The position numbers and the translations under genes are program-made. Of a DNA stretch of 64,000 nucleotides, positions 26,140-39,373 are shown piece after piece. The first letter of the stretch is position 1, and the number at the start of each line of letters is the position of its first letter. The stretch is from Octopus sinensis (Eukaryota), in assembly GCF_006345805.1 (NCBI RefSeq), contig NC_042998.1:61876001-61940000 (forward strand), given 5' to 3'. A model generated the notes under the pieces. It had not been told where the DNA came from and did no database searches. It saw only the letters and a list, made by a program, of their open reading frames with translations.

Positions 26140-26410
26140 CCTGAAGAAAATTCTACATAATTCAAAATGAGGGAGCAGTTGGTTTCTATAGAACTGTTAA
26201 CCTCATATACCTGCGTTTCATTGGAGTTCAGTAAGAACAGTTGCCATGACGAATGAAGAATGTAATGTTTTGGATTGTTGCCAAACATCTGAGAGTGAGG
26301 AAGATCAAGAAAGTGTTGTCACCTTAGTCATAAACTATTCAAATCTGGTCCAGATTTTTTAGCCTTTTGGGTTTCAGTTTACTCCATACTAGAGAGTTCT
26401 TGGGCCATGA
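26140..26410. repeat. Local direct duplication; second copy at about 28780-29045
   Basis: Collinear match, e.g. gaatgtaatgttttggattgttgccaaa and gatcaagaaagtgttgtcaccttagtcataaactatt are identical in both. Confidence 0.9.
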
Positions 26411-26469
26411 GCTGCACTGGATTTGAACTTAAGACCTATGAGCTAATAGTCTGATATCATGTTAATACA

Positions 26470-27060
26470 GCTAAACCAAATAGTTATAGTGTTAGATCTT
26501 GACTGTATAATTACAATGTGTTGGAGAAGTCAACACTGGCATCATTTGAAACTAGACAAAGACATGAAGTTTGTATCATAAAACTAGGGGCAGCCTCAAG
26601 CAGATTGCCACCAAAAGGGTTAAATCTTGACTATCCTATTTTTAATCCTTTTGCACTTAAACCAGCCATATCAGACCCAAATATTCTACCTGTTTTATAT
26701 GTTCAAACTGACCAGATCAAGCCCCTCGGCCTACCCTCCAATGGTATTCTAAAGATAAACAATCACATCACTGAAATCTCAAAGTTATGAGATAATACGG
26801 GATTAATTCAAAACAATGAGAATAAATGAACATAACATTTGACAGAGTAACCTAAAAGCTAAAGGGTTAAGGTATAAAATAACTGGGATTTCATTATCCA
26901 AGATCTCCATCTTTTTTAAGATGGTGTGATTTCCAAAGAGATTTACTTGTTGTTTCTAGCAGCGGTCTGGAACATAAACATGAAACTTAAAATTGAAAGT
27001 TTGTATCATAGAACCAGGGCTGGTCTCAGGTGGATTGGAATCAAAAGACTTCAAGATTAA
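26470..27060. mobile_element. Cluster of adjacent TTAA-type MITEs
   Basis: aaagggttaa termini at about 26622 and 26870, with a shared interior aagtttgtatcata at about 26566 and about 26997. Confidence 0.55.
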
Positions 27061-30000
27061 ACGTACATTTTTACTACTTCTACTACATAAATTTGCATGT
27101 TGTTTGGTTGGTTTGCTGGCTGGATGTATTGTGACACAAACCTTACAGGAGTTCCTTCACCAGATTGGAGCTCTTCTCGACTCCATGTCAGCTTGAACGT
27201 CAATGAATGAAGCTAACTGAAGTAGACCATGTGTGTTCCCCTTAAATGTTTCTCTCCACCTTATATCAACTTGAAAGCCTTCATCATCATCATCATTATC
27301 ATTTAACGTTCACTTTCCATGCTGGCATAGGTTTGACTGGGGGACTGGTGAGCCAGATAGCTGCACCAGGCTCCAATCTGTTCTGGCAGTTTCTACAGCT
27401 GGATGCCTTTCCTAACGCCAACCACTCCAAGAGTGTAGTGGGTGCTTTTACGTGCTACCAGCACAAACGCTAGTCAGGCAGTACTGGCAACAGCCATGCT
27501 CAAATGGTGTTTTTTACATGTCACCTGCACAGGAGCCAGTCCAGCGGCACTGGCAATGCCCTCACTCGAATGTTGTTTTTCACATACCACCGGCACAAGT
27601 GCCAGTAAGGCGATGCTGGTAATTGTAAAAGAAAGAAAAAACTGGCACTCTACCAGTTACAACAATGAGGGTTCCAGTTGATCCAATCAATGGAACAGCC
27701 TGCACATGAAATTTAATACAAGTGGCTGAGTACTCCACAGACATCCGTATCCTTGTCATAGTTCACAGGCAGATTCAGTGTGATACAGAATGTGACAAGA
27801 CTGGCCCTCTGAATTTACAGGTACAACTCATTTTTGCCAGCTGAGTGGACTGGAGCAATATGAAATAAAGTGCCTTGCTGAAGGAAACAACATGCCACCA
27901 GGAATCAAACTCACGACCCTACAATCATGAGCTGAATACCCTAACCACTAAACTACTTGCCTTCACTTGAAAGCTTTGTAAACTGGATGGAAGAGCACAG
28001 CAGTGGCCCCTCGAATATAAACACTATAAACAAATAATGGGTCCCTGAATTAACTGATATTTGTAACCAATAAATTGTTTATCTTTCATTATTTTCAGTC
28101 ACCAAATTGCAACCATGTTGGGACACAGCATCCAAAGGGTTTTTAGTTGATTTTATTGACATCAGCATTTATTTTGTAAAATTCATCATCATCATCCTTA
28201 TCATTTAACATCTGCTTTCCATGCTGGCATGTGTTGGATGGTTTGACTGAGGGCTGGCAAACCAGAAGGCTACACTAGGCTCCAATCTGATCTGGCAGAG
28301 TTTCTACAGTTGGATGCCCCTCCTAACGCCAACCGCTCCAAGAGTGTAGTGGGTGCTTTTTACATGCCACCAGCACAAGGGCCAGTCAGGCAGTACTGGC
28401 AGTGACTACGCTTGAATGGTGCTTTTTACATGCCACCAGCACAAGAGTAAGTCAGGCGGACTGGCAACAATCACATTCGAATGGTGCTTTTCACATGCCA
28501 CCGGCACATGACCAGTTAGGTGGCACTGGCAATGACCACACTCGAATGGTGCTTTTTAAATCACTAATTTACTTTTTCACATAAAGAAACACAACTCAAA
28601 TCACTGTTGTATGCTACACAGCTTCCATCTACCAAATTCCATTTTCAATACATTGACCCTCAGGTCAGTCAGAGGGCTACAGCTGAAAGCCCTTGCTCAA
28701 AGTACTACAGAGTGGGATTGAACTTGGAACCACAAGGTTGCTAAGTGAACTTAACCATACAGCTATGCATTGTTTTCCTTAAAAAAATTCTACATAATTC
28801 AAAATGAGAGAGCAGTAAGTGCCTATAGAACTGTAAACCTCACACAGTTCTGCTTCATCAGAGTTCAGTAAGTACAGTTGCCATGACAAGGGAAGAATGT
28901 AATGTTTTGGATTGTTGCCAAATATCTGAGAGTGAGAAAGATCAAGAAAGTGTTGTCACCTTAGTCATAAACTATTAAAATTTGGTTCAGATTTTTTCAC
29001 CTTTTGTGTTTCAGTATTCTATATACTAGAGAGTTCTTGTGCCATAACTGAATTATTTATAAAACTTTTATTCCTAAGACAAACAGGATTACTGACAGAA
29101 CATTTCTAAATGGTTAATTAAGTAGACCTTGCACCAAAAATATTCTAAACACATTCAAGAACCAGAAATATTCCAAACATTCTAAATATTCCAAAATTTA
29201 GCAGTTTGAATATTCTTCAAATTCAATACTAACAAAATACTAAGGAATTCTAAAGATGATACAACCTGATAAGATTTAAGAAAACAAATTACTCTTTAAA
29301 TTCTTGCAAACTTATTGAAACAAGGTTGTTGATATACCATCACTTGGCAGGTTCAAAATACTGTAGCACCAACTGATTTGGACAAAGTGAAAGCAAGTTG
29401 GTTAAAAGGAGTTTCAAATACACAGAACCAAACACATGAGTCTAGTAAACTCAGAAGCAAGCTAAAAAAATGGTAGATGAAAAGGAACTATTAAATCAGT
29501 TAATTAGAACACTGAATATATGCTTCTCATCAAAGATACATAATATCAGCTGTGTAAAGTAAAAATTATAGTGAATTGATGAAGAGATATCTTTGAAAAT
29601 ATGTATGTTTAACTGTGAGACTGATGACTTCCCAAAGGATATTAATACTGTGAGTAAAAAAGGAGTTTCAAACTGAGGAACTGAACAGAATTACAGTTTT
29701 AATTTGCTAAGTACTTATCACTGCTACCATACAAGTATCACAGTGCCACAGATAATGGAAAACACAGGCTGCACCAAGTATTCATACGGAATATAGGACA
29801 GGCAATAAAACATAGCTAACGGAAATTAAAAAATATGTATATAAGAATTGATCAGAGTAATTAATGTTATAGAATATAGTAATAACGATGTAAATAATAG
29901 CTGTATCTGATAGTGGTGGTGGGAGTACAAGAATCATTTAATGTAAATAATTGTGCATGCATTGTAAGGTGAGGGGAAAAGCACCACAGTTATTTAATGT

Positions 30001-30915
30001 AAATAATTATTGCATATTTATTTAATAGTGGTGGTGAAGTGGTGGGGTACAACAATTGCGTAATGTAAATAATTGTTACATGTGTGCCTGGTGTTGGTGG
30101 AAGAGGAAGCAGCAGTATTGGTGGATGTACAACATTTCTTTTTAAGTGAATAAATAATTGTTGAACATGTATCAGGTGGTGTTGGCAGTGGTGATGAATG
30201 TGCAACAATTAGTTAATGTGAATGTAAATAAAGCTCACCATACATTTACTTGATGGTAGCGGTAGTAGTGGTGGTGATGGTATGTGCACACATATTTAAT
30301 GTGAATGCAAATAAAACGATAATGTTGGTAATAGGTGTACAACATTTATTGAGAATAAAAAATATCAAATAAGACTGCTTCTAAGACGAATACTGATAAT
30401 AAAACCACATGCCACAAAGATGCATATATGAAATGATGTAGGTTAGTTGGTCCAATAGAGACAAAAATAACAGAGGTAATGGTTTAACTCTTTTCACACC
30501 AAGTCCCCACCTGGGACCATGCCTGGTTATATATGATACAAAACTCCTTGTTTTAATGAGCACATACTTAAATTAAATCCGTCCATAATGATTTTATTTA
30601 AGAAACTTTTGTTAGAGTTATATTCCAAGCATGAACTTAAAAATAAGAAGTTAAGAATTTTACTCAATCCCTACAAATTGTGTTTTCATAATTATTCAGT
30701 GAAACACATAAGCAGAGTATTTATTAGAAATAGGATCATGGAAGTTACCACCAGCAGGTGGCCTCTTGGCTACCTCGACCAGACCAGGCTCTGTTGAAAG
30801 TATTGTGATTGAGGTTTCTGATGTGAGAGTAGTTCATGAATTGTAGTTTCTTCCTTTCCCCCACCCCTCAGCTGAGTAGACTTTACAAAAACAACATAGA
30901 TGCTTACCCTTCCTT

Positions 30916-31452
30916 ATCATCATCATCATTTAACGTCCGCTTTCCATGCTAGCATGGGTTGGACGGTTCAACTGGGGTCTGGGGAGCCCGAAAGCTGCAC
31001 CAGTCCAGTCAGATCTGGCAGTGTTTCTACAGCTGGATGCCCTTCCTAACGCCAACCACTCCGAGAGTGTAGTGGGTGATTTTATGTGCCACCGACACAG
31101 GTGCCAGACGAGGCTGGCAAACGGCCACGCTCGGATGGTGTTTTTTATGTGCCACCGACACAGGTGCCAGACGAGGCTGGCAGACGGCCACGCTCGGATG
31201 GTGTTTTTATGTGCCACCGACACAGGTGCCAGATGAGGCTGGCAAACGGCCACGATCGGATGGTGCTTGCTACGTGCCCACAGCACGGAGGCCAGTCGAT
31301 GCGGCACCGGCTACGGCCACGTTCGGACGGCCCCCTTGTGTGCCACGTGCCACCGGCACTGGCACCACAAAGATACAAATTCCATTGATGTTCATCTATT
31401 TTGATTTGTTTTGATTTGATTTTCACTTGCCTCAACAGGTCTTCACAAGTGT
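30916..31452 (-). mobile_element. Young RTE 3'-UTR-only copy
   Basis: Near-identical to 4098-4630, with three 62-bp internal units and an (ATC)n tail on the plus strand. Confidence 0.88.
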
Positions 31453-31651
31453 CTTATATATATATTATAAATAACATTTTTATCCAGGCAACTTTTGTGA
31501 AAATAAGTGCAAACAAAAGATGTAAATGGCACACTCTGCTAATTCTATCTCTCTTAAAATTGGTTTCCCTACAAATATTTCCTTGCAGTTTAAATCTAAA
31601 GGGATGTCTACTTGAAACTCTAATGAACTTGGTTACAGAGAAATCAGATTT

Positions 31652-31880
31652 TTAACCCTTTTGTTACTAACCTGGCTGAAACTGGCTGTGACTCTGTAGT
31701 ACAAATGTCTTGTTTTCATAAGTTTTGAATTAAAATCTTCCACCAAACGTTAGTCAAAATTTATGTTCCTAACACTACCTGAATGATAATTAAGTTATTT
31801 TACTAAATTCTTTGTTATATTTAAAGTAATTGAAAGAAACACTGAGTATCTCAAAATAAATACAGTAATGAAAGGGTTAA
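31652..31880. mobile_element. piggyBac-like MITE, same family as 6428-6653 in the opposite orientation
   Basis: TTAACCCTTTTGTTAC...GTAATGAAAGGGTTAA; the interior is the reverse complement of the 6428 copy. Confidence 0.85.
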
Positions 31881-31974
31881 AAAAATACATCAAAATATAA
31901 TGAAAGTAAACAAAGTTTACTTTAGAAGCGTTGAGATGTACTGAAAGATACTGAAATAATTTATTGCAAAATGT

Positions 31975-32154
31975 ATGATAATGCTAATACAATAGCATGG
32001 ACAGGATAAACTATCCATATATTGCAAAAAAAAATTGTTACCAGCCAGCCATGAGACTTGAACTCACATCAAGTCTCATAGCTGGCTGGTAATGAATTTT
32101 TCTGCAACATATGGATAGTTTATCCTGTTCATGCTATTGTATTAGCATTATCAT
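31975..32154. repeat. Long near-perfect palindrome (about 87-bp arms, 7-nt loop)
   Basis: atgataatgctaatacaatagcatg...gagacttga actcaca tcaagtctc...catgctattgtattagcattatcat. Confidence 0.9.
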
Positions 32155-32546
32155 GCGTTTGAGAATAAATTATTTCTTCAGCAACAGTACTTTGGAGTAA
32201 AGATTTGCTGAATATCTCATGTGAGATTTTAAAATAGTAATTTTCTAAATTATTTCCGTATCTTACATCAAAACATATTTTAACATGGTCTAGAATTGGA
32301 ATGAAAATGAACAACTTATAACAATCACCAAATAGTAAATATTATGTTACCTGTAGATATTTTTAATAGTCAGTATTAATTATATTTTATACATCAACCT
32401 TAGAAGGAGGAACAAACATCTTTAACCCTTCTGATATCAACCTGCCTGAGATTGTCTGTTGTTCTATGATACAAGCTTCTAATTTTTAAGTGATCTAAAT
32501 TAATATTTTCATGCTAACTTATGTTCTAAGCACCAGATTCATAATA

Positions 32547-33010
32547 CAGTAATTCCTTGCCATATCCCGGTTCACACTCTCAGTACATCGTGGATTTTTC
32601 TGGCTAATATATGTAAATTTATATCCCAGACTCCTCAGTATATCGCGGGTTTCTGTAAGCGATAGATATTTATATTTTTTTAGATTATAATTATTTCTGT
32701 GGTAAAATAAGCATTTTCATGCCTAAAAATTAATAAATAGAAATACAGTACAGTACTGCACTGTATAAGACTTTGATAATTTTTTTTTAAATATGTAGTG
32801 TACCATAGATGAGGAAATAAAGACTCGCACACACTATAAGGAAAATGAAACTTGGGAGACGAGTGTGTAGTGGTGTTTTACATTTATAATGAGATAAATA
32901 TATACAAATTTATAAAAATAAAAACAAAAATACAGTACAGTACTTAGCAGATTTTCACCTATTGTGGAGAGTTTTGGAGCATAATACCCACAGTAGTCGA
33001 GGTATTACTG
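32547..33010. mobile_element. Tigger/pogo-like MITE nested in a TTAA-type MITE
   Basis: TA|CAGTAATTCCTTG...CGAGGTATTACTG|TA. The host MITE starts at about 32422 (ttaacccttctg). Confidence 0.65.
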
Positions 33011-33840
33011 TAAAGTTAATTTACTAAATTGTCTATTTGGTGTCATGTAAATGGCACCCACGCTGGTGACATGTAAAAGCATCCATTACACTCCTAGAGT
33101 GGTTGGCATTAGGAAGGGCAGCTGTAGAAACCATGCCAAATCAGACTGGAACCTGGTGCAGCTCAACAGCTCCAGTGAAACCGTCTAACCCATGCCAGCA
33201 TGGACAACAAATGATGATGATGAATTGAAACAAAGGAAACCTATGCCAACAGAAACATGAGAACTAAAGGCTTAATATTTGATGATACAAGGTAAATCAA
33301 TGAACTGTTGTTATCTAACAGAGTCTCTATGTATCAAGACAATAAGACAGTTAATGTTTTTCAGCAGGTTTAAAAATAAATTCACATTTAAGAATTATTG
33401 TATTAATTCATGTGTACGTCACAATATTTTATACTTGATTTTAGAAAAAAAAAAGTAGGAATCAACTTGTACACAAGGCTGAGATAAAATTATGAAGGAA
33501 AAAAATTTAATGCCTAAACATATCACTTAATCAGGGGTGTGACTTATGAGTAAATATGGTATTAACATATATACTAAAACATACTTAAGTTTAAAAAGAC
33601 AATTTATTACATTGAAAAAATAACATCTATTACACACAACTCATGTAATTACAGCAGGATTCAACATTAATTACTTATTTAAATCAAAATATATCACTAC
33701 AAAATCCTCTTCAAAACCCAAACAAATCACAAATTTTCATTTCATTCAACATTGCATACAAAACCTGAATAGACAGCAAAATTAATTTAATTGCAATCCA
33801 CACCAGAAAACGTAGGGAAAAAATGATGTACAATGTAGTT

Positions 33841-34068
33841 TTAACCCTTTAGCGTTCAGATTACTCTGTCAAATATAATGCTTTTTCATTCACATTATTT
33901 TGAATTAATCCTGCATTATCTTGTAGCTCTGAGAATTTGATGATGTGATGGTTTATTTTGAGGATGTCATTGTAGGATATGTGTGAGAGGCCAGATCTAG
34001 ATGGTTTGAACATAAAAGAAGTAGAAAATTTGGGCCAGATATGGATGGCTTAAATGCTAAAGGGTTAA
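33841..34068. mobile_element. piggyBac-like MITE, second family
   Basis: TTAACCCTTTAGC...GCTAAAGGGTTAA. Related copies are at 26642-26870, about 17150-17340 and about 43790-43990. Confidence 0.8.
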
Positions 34069-36299
34069 ACCAGAGCAGACCCAGGTAAGAATGGACCCAT
34101 CATCTGTCTGAGCTGTCTCTGTATACTTATTGTCTCTTCTATTTCACGAGTCTCTGCTTCTTACCGATATACGAATACAATCAATATAACTATTTTTCTT
34201 ATTACTCTTTTTCTCACACGCCAACCACACTCACAAAGAAAGATGAAATAAGCCAATGAGAGAACTACTACATGGTTGTTCTGCATGCCAGAAATAACAA
34301 CCAAATTTCTCTCTTTTCCCACACCACTGTCTTTAAAAAAAGGGGACATGTTGGAAAACATGATTCTAGCTACCCTGGAAAGGAGAAAATAAGAGCATGG
34401 TTACAGGAGGAATATCTTTGATAATTGGTCTGCCAGATCAATCCCTGGCAAAGCGCTAAACAACAATAACAAAAAGCATTAAGACTGACTTCTTACAGAG
34501 CCCAAACAGTACCCTCCAAACTATGTTGTTGGGGTAGCTTTCTGCTTCTGTTAGGCTTGACAGATTTAGTAGAAGCCCTGATTGACAAAATGGCAGGAGA
34601 TAGTAGAATCAAACGAACATCATCACCATTGGTTTAATGTCCACTGTTCAAAGCTGGCATGGGTCAGATGCCCTTTCAATCTCCAACCCTCGCCTGTTTC
34701 CAAGCAAGGTAATATTTCTCTATGGTCCACAGAAGACTGGGAATGACAGACTCCACTTGTATGACAGTTACAATCACTTACGACTACCCCATTAAAACAA
34801 GGACACATAGACAATTGTATGTGTGCGTGTTTATGTACATAAATTATCATAAATAAATGAACACACCAAGCCTTATGAGTGGATGGAAACTGAAAGAAAC
34901 TAATTTTGACATTTCCAATCTGCCATGTGAGAAATATAGAAAAATATTGCGTTGCTTGGAAACAAAGGAAGGACATTCGGCTGTAGAGAATCAGACTCAG
35001 TGAATCCACTTTCTAATAAACTGGCATTAACATACTGCACCCAATTCAGTCAACTGCGATACATTGAGCCCAATTCAGTCAACAGTAATATACGGAGTTC
35101 AATTCAATCGACAGTAACATATATTCGAGTCAATTCCAGGCTCTTATTACGCATAACTTTGATTTTGACAAATTTGTAAATATGAGTTACCTTTCCTGAA
35201 TTTCAGAGCACAGAACAAAATTTACATCGACTACTTACATATATCACACACACACACACAGTATCGAGTGACGGAGTAGAATTAAAAAACGTCAAAAATA
35301 ATCCTTTTCACAGCCCCCAAAACCCACAAGCCAATACTGAACACCGATTTCTTGGGTGCTAAGAAGACGATGAGAAACGTCTTCCATTTGGCTAGCAGCT
35401 AGTCTAAAACAGGAAACTCTGAGAAATTTGGTAGTGAGGCCCGCAAAACACATATACAAATATACAATCCATCATACTGACTTCCAGATTCAGTCTACAT
35501 AATTAAAGTGCCATGGGTTGGGTCGAACCACGTAACAGAATCGAACCCGAAACCATATGATTACTCCTTTATTCTTTTATTTGTTTCAGTCATTTGACTG
35601 CGGTCATGCTGGAGAACCGCCTTTAGTCGAACAAATCGACCCCGGGGAAGTAAACACACCAACATCAGTTGTCAAGCGATGGTGGGGACAAATACAGACA
35701 CACACAAATACAAATACATTTCCCAACCGTATGATTCCGTGTTCAGTCCCACTGTGTGGCACCTTGGGCAAGTGTCTTATACTATAGCCTCGAGCCAACC
35801 AAAGCCTTATGAATGGATTTAGTAGACGGAAACTGAAAGAGGCCCATCATATATATATATATATATATATATACGACGTCTACCAAATCCACTTCCAAGA
35901 CTTTGGTCAGCCGGGGCAATAGTAGAAGACACTTGCCCAAGGTGTCACGCAGTGGAACTGAACCCGGATTCATGCGGTTGGGAAGCAAGCTTCTCACCAC
36001 ACAGCCATTCCTTGTGTAGAAAACTTCCCAACAAAACGATCATCGATCTTTTCCTCACTCAAAATCACATCCCGCTTAACAGACAGAATTATAGTAACGA
36101 GCCTATAACATGTACTAAAATATTGTATGCAACGATTAAAGAATAAATACATAAATAAACCAGATGTCAAGTGGGCTGCGATTTCGCACGCGCAAAATGT
36201 TTAAAAACAAAACAAAACAAAAAAAAACATCCAAAACACTTTAACAAAGACTTTAAGAACAAAATGAAGTGCGTCAGTTGTAATAATAATAATTCTTTT

Positions 36300-37260
36300 T
36301 GTTGTAGGCACAAAGCCCGAAATTTGATGGAAGGAGTAACTCGATGTAAACGACTCCGGTGCACAACTGGTACTTATTTCATCGATCCCGAAAGGATGAA
36401 AGGCAAAGCCGACCCGGGCGGAATTTGAACTTAGACGGACGAAATGCCGCTAATCATTTTGCCCGGCGGTTCTGCCAGCTCGCCGCTTTCAAGTAATGAT
36501 AACAATCCGTTCTACCATAGGCACAGGGTCTGAAATTTTAGAGAAGGGGACTAGTCGATGTAAGCGACCCCAGTACTCTACTGGTACCTATTTTATCGAC
36601 CTCGAAAGGATGAAAGGCAAAGCTGACCTCGGTGGAATCTGAACTCAGAACGTAAAGACGGACAAAATGCCGCTAAGTATTTTGTCCGGCATGCTAACGA
36701 TTCTGCCAGCTCGCCCCCTGAGCAATAATAACTTCATCTCAGAATTATAATTCTGTAATAATGTGGGAAACAAGCAGAAATAAAATGAGCAAAAATACAT
36801 TCCTTAGTCAATTAAAAGGACGGTCACAGTTCATTTACAATATCTTTCGAGTTTGTAAGGCGACGAGCTGGCAAAAACGCTAAGTACTCCGGACGAAATG
36901 TTTAGCGGTATTTCGTCTGCCGCTACGTTCTTAGTTCAAATTCCGCCGAGGTCGACTTTGCCTTTCATCCTTTCGGGGTCGATTACATAAGTACCAGTTA
37001 CGCACTGGAGTCGATATAATCGACTTAATCCGTGTGTCTGTCCTTGTTTGTCCTCTCTGTGTTTAGCCCCTTGTGTGTGGTAAAAAAAAATAGGTATTTC
37101 GTTTGTCTTTATGTTCTGAGTTCAAATTCCGCCGAGGTCGACTTTGCCTTTTATCCTTTCAGGGTCGATAAATTTAGTACCAGCTGCGTAGTGGAGTTTA
37201 TCTAATCAACTGCCCCCACCCCCACCTTCCCCAAAAATTTCGGGCCTTGTGCTTAGAGTA
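36300..37260. mobile_element. Cluster of tRNA-related SINEs (family with gttcaaattccgccgaggtcgac)
   Basis: Two minus copies (about 36300-36490 and 36515-36720) face plus copies (about 36855-37260). Other copies are near 1500-1620, 10615-10820, 16865-17065, 18650-18865, 38720-38900, 39520-39960 and 41985-43030. Confidence 0.8.
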
Positions 37261-39342
37261 GAAAAGAATATCTTCTGAGTTTGTGATAGGGAAAACAAAC
37301 TATGAAGCTTTAAATAAACCTTTAAGAGTTGGTAAGAAATGATTAAATAAACGTTATTCTCAGGAATGTCATGCATTTGAATAGAAACACTATTGAGACG
37401 GACACAAGATCTTAAATTTAGAAGGGGGCACACGATTAGTTTATCTGACAGGTAAGTTTTTAATTATTCCGGCCCTGAAGTCGCGAATAACAACTGTGAT
37501 GACTGCTGTTATAGACAGAAGGCCACAAAATTAATGAGATGACTTGTCCATTTAATCGATTCCTGCATATTAACGATACTTATTTTATCGACCGGATAAA
37601 GATGAAAGATAAATTGGCAGAATTTGAACATGCAACGCTAACAATATAATTCGTCCGACTCTTACCTAACTACATAAACAGGACCCGATAAATTAGCAGT
37701 AAGCTAACGAATTCACTCTTCATCTTTCTGTGATCGATAAAAGTGGTATCGATAATATATTGCGATCGATAAACTATGCTTGAGACCCAGTTTTTCTATT
37801 CCCAGCAGGAGCCGGTTTACTTCGACTTTCATCGGTGCACTGGAGGAAAACTGGATGCCACTGAATCTTCTCATCTCCCTTCTCAACGTATTAATTTGTC
37901 TCAGTTCCAGTGAGTTAAAAAAGGGAGTCAAAAATGTAAGAGACGAAGTTCCAGTGCTGGTGGCGTGAACATTTCATTCACGGTTTGAAGCCAATTCACT
38001 AACGGAGCTGCTGACGGCCGATAAGACTTCTTTCTACAACACACTTCCTTTAAAATGTAAAGCATTTGTACCTAAAAGCAGACACACACACACACCACTA
38101 AATGGTGAAGTGGAGCATGGAGACACATCTAAGGATGTGTTGGCTTCGCGATCCAGTTTTCAATCACAGCTTGGAATCCTTTTAATCGTTTTGGTCCGAG
38201 AAAAAAGCTTTCCATCTCATTCCCCATTTAAAAAAAAAATAGCTTATATCTCTACAGCAAAAATCAATATTAGATATTAATCAAATAATTCAATAATAAA
38301 GAATGATAATTTCTAGCAGAGGCACAAGACCAGAAATATGGCGGAGGAGGGGGAAGTTAGTCGATTAAATCGGCTTCAAGTTACTTAAATGGCTGGTACT
38401 TCATTTTACTGATCCCACCACCACCACCATTTCACAACGGGAGGATGAAAGGCAAAGTCGGAGCCGGAACAAACACTGCCATTCAAACGATTCTGTCAAA
38501 TCTTTTCATTATTATTAGCACAAAGGCGACAAGTAACGGAGGGGGGGCAGCAAATTACAAAGAGTTGCGAGGAAGGAGTTTACATAAGAAGCTGAATGAA
38601 ATGATATATGATAGCATAGACATGAGAGAGCTTCAAAACGAGAATCGCTATCATAAGTCCCTCAGACACAAGAAGAACCTGACAAAATAACAATAACTGA
38701 ATGTAATGTAGGTACTAGACTAGGAATTTGGAGAGAGGAGGACGGACACAGTCGATTAAATCGACCCCACAACTTGAATAGTAGTCTATTTTATCGATCG
38801 CACGATGATATAAGGCAAAGTCGAACTCGACTCAGCAGGGTTTGAACTCAGACCGTAAAGAGTAGGAATAAATATCAAAAGCCATTTTATCGGAGCTCTA
38901 ACGTTTCTACACAACGGGCACTTGTTACCGATACTCCGGCAGAATTTTGACCTTTTTTTTGTTCTCTTTTTTTAGCACGAATGAGAGAAAAAATTTAAAC
39001 AATCACTATTCCATTGGGAGTGCTAAGGTAACAATCGGCAAATAGTGCACAGCACCTCTGCATTGAAAATAAAGTACTTTAATGAAAAGAATGACCTCAG
39101 CAGGCAGCTGGAGACGAACGAAACTTGACCGAGATGATATAAGAAAATACAAACAGCATAACTTGGCAGGATGCATTCCGGGGGGAGGGGGGTCTTTTTA
39201 ATTGCTTGTTTATTTAGATACAGACGTTATCCAAATATATCTAACATTCATGAATAATATCACCCACTCGTTTACTCGCAATTTATACGAAACGCGAATG
39301 CCGTAAAGTTTGGTGCCTGCGTGTATATTTCTGTGACACATA

Positions 39343-39373
<31 letters not shown>

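Noticed and set aside
20990-34380. Possible exons of a nested minus-strand gene in intron 1 (about 21070-21170 DCFTKFSIPY..., about 27146-27211 LHSLTFKLTWSREEL..., about 30780-30870, about 31575-31625, about 34164-34378)
   Set aside because: Each has plausible splice sites and a short open frame, but I recognise no protein family and cannot build a phase-consistent chain. They are consistent with chance in 23 kb of sequence.
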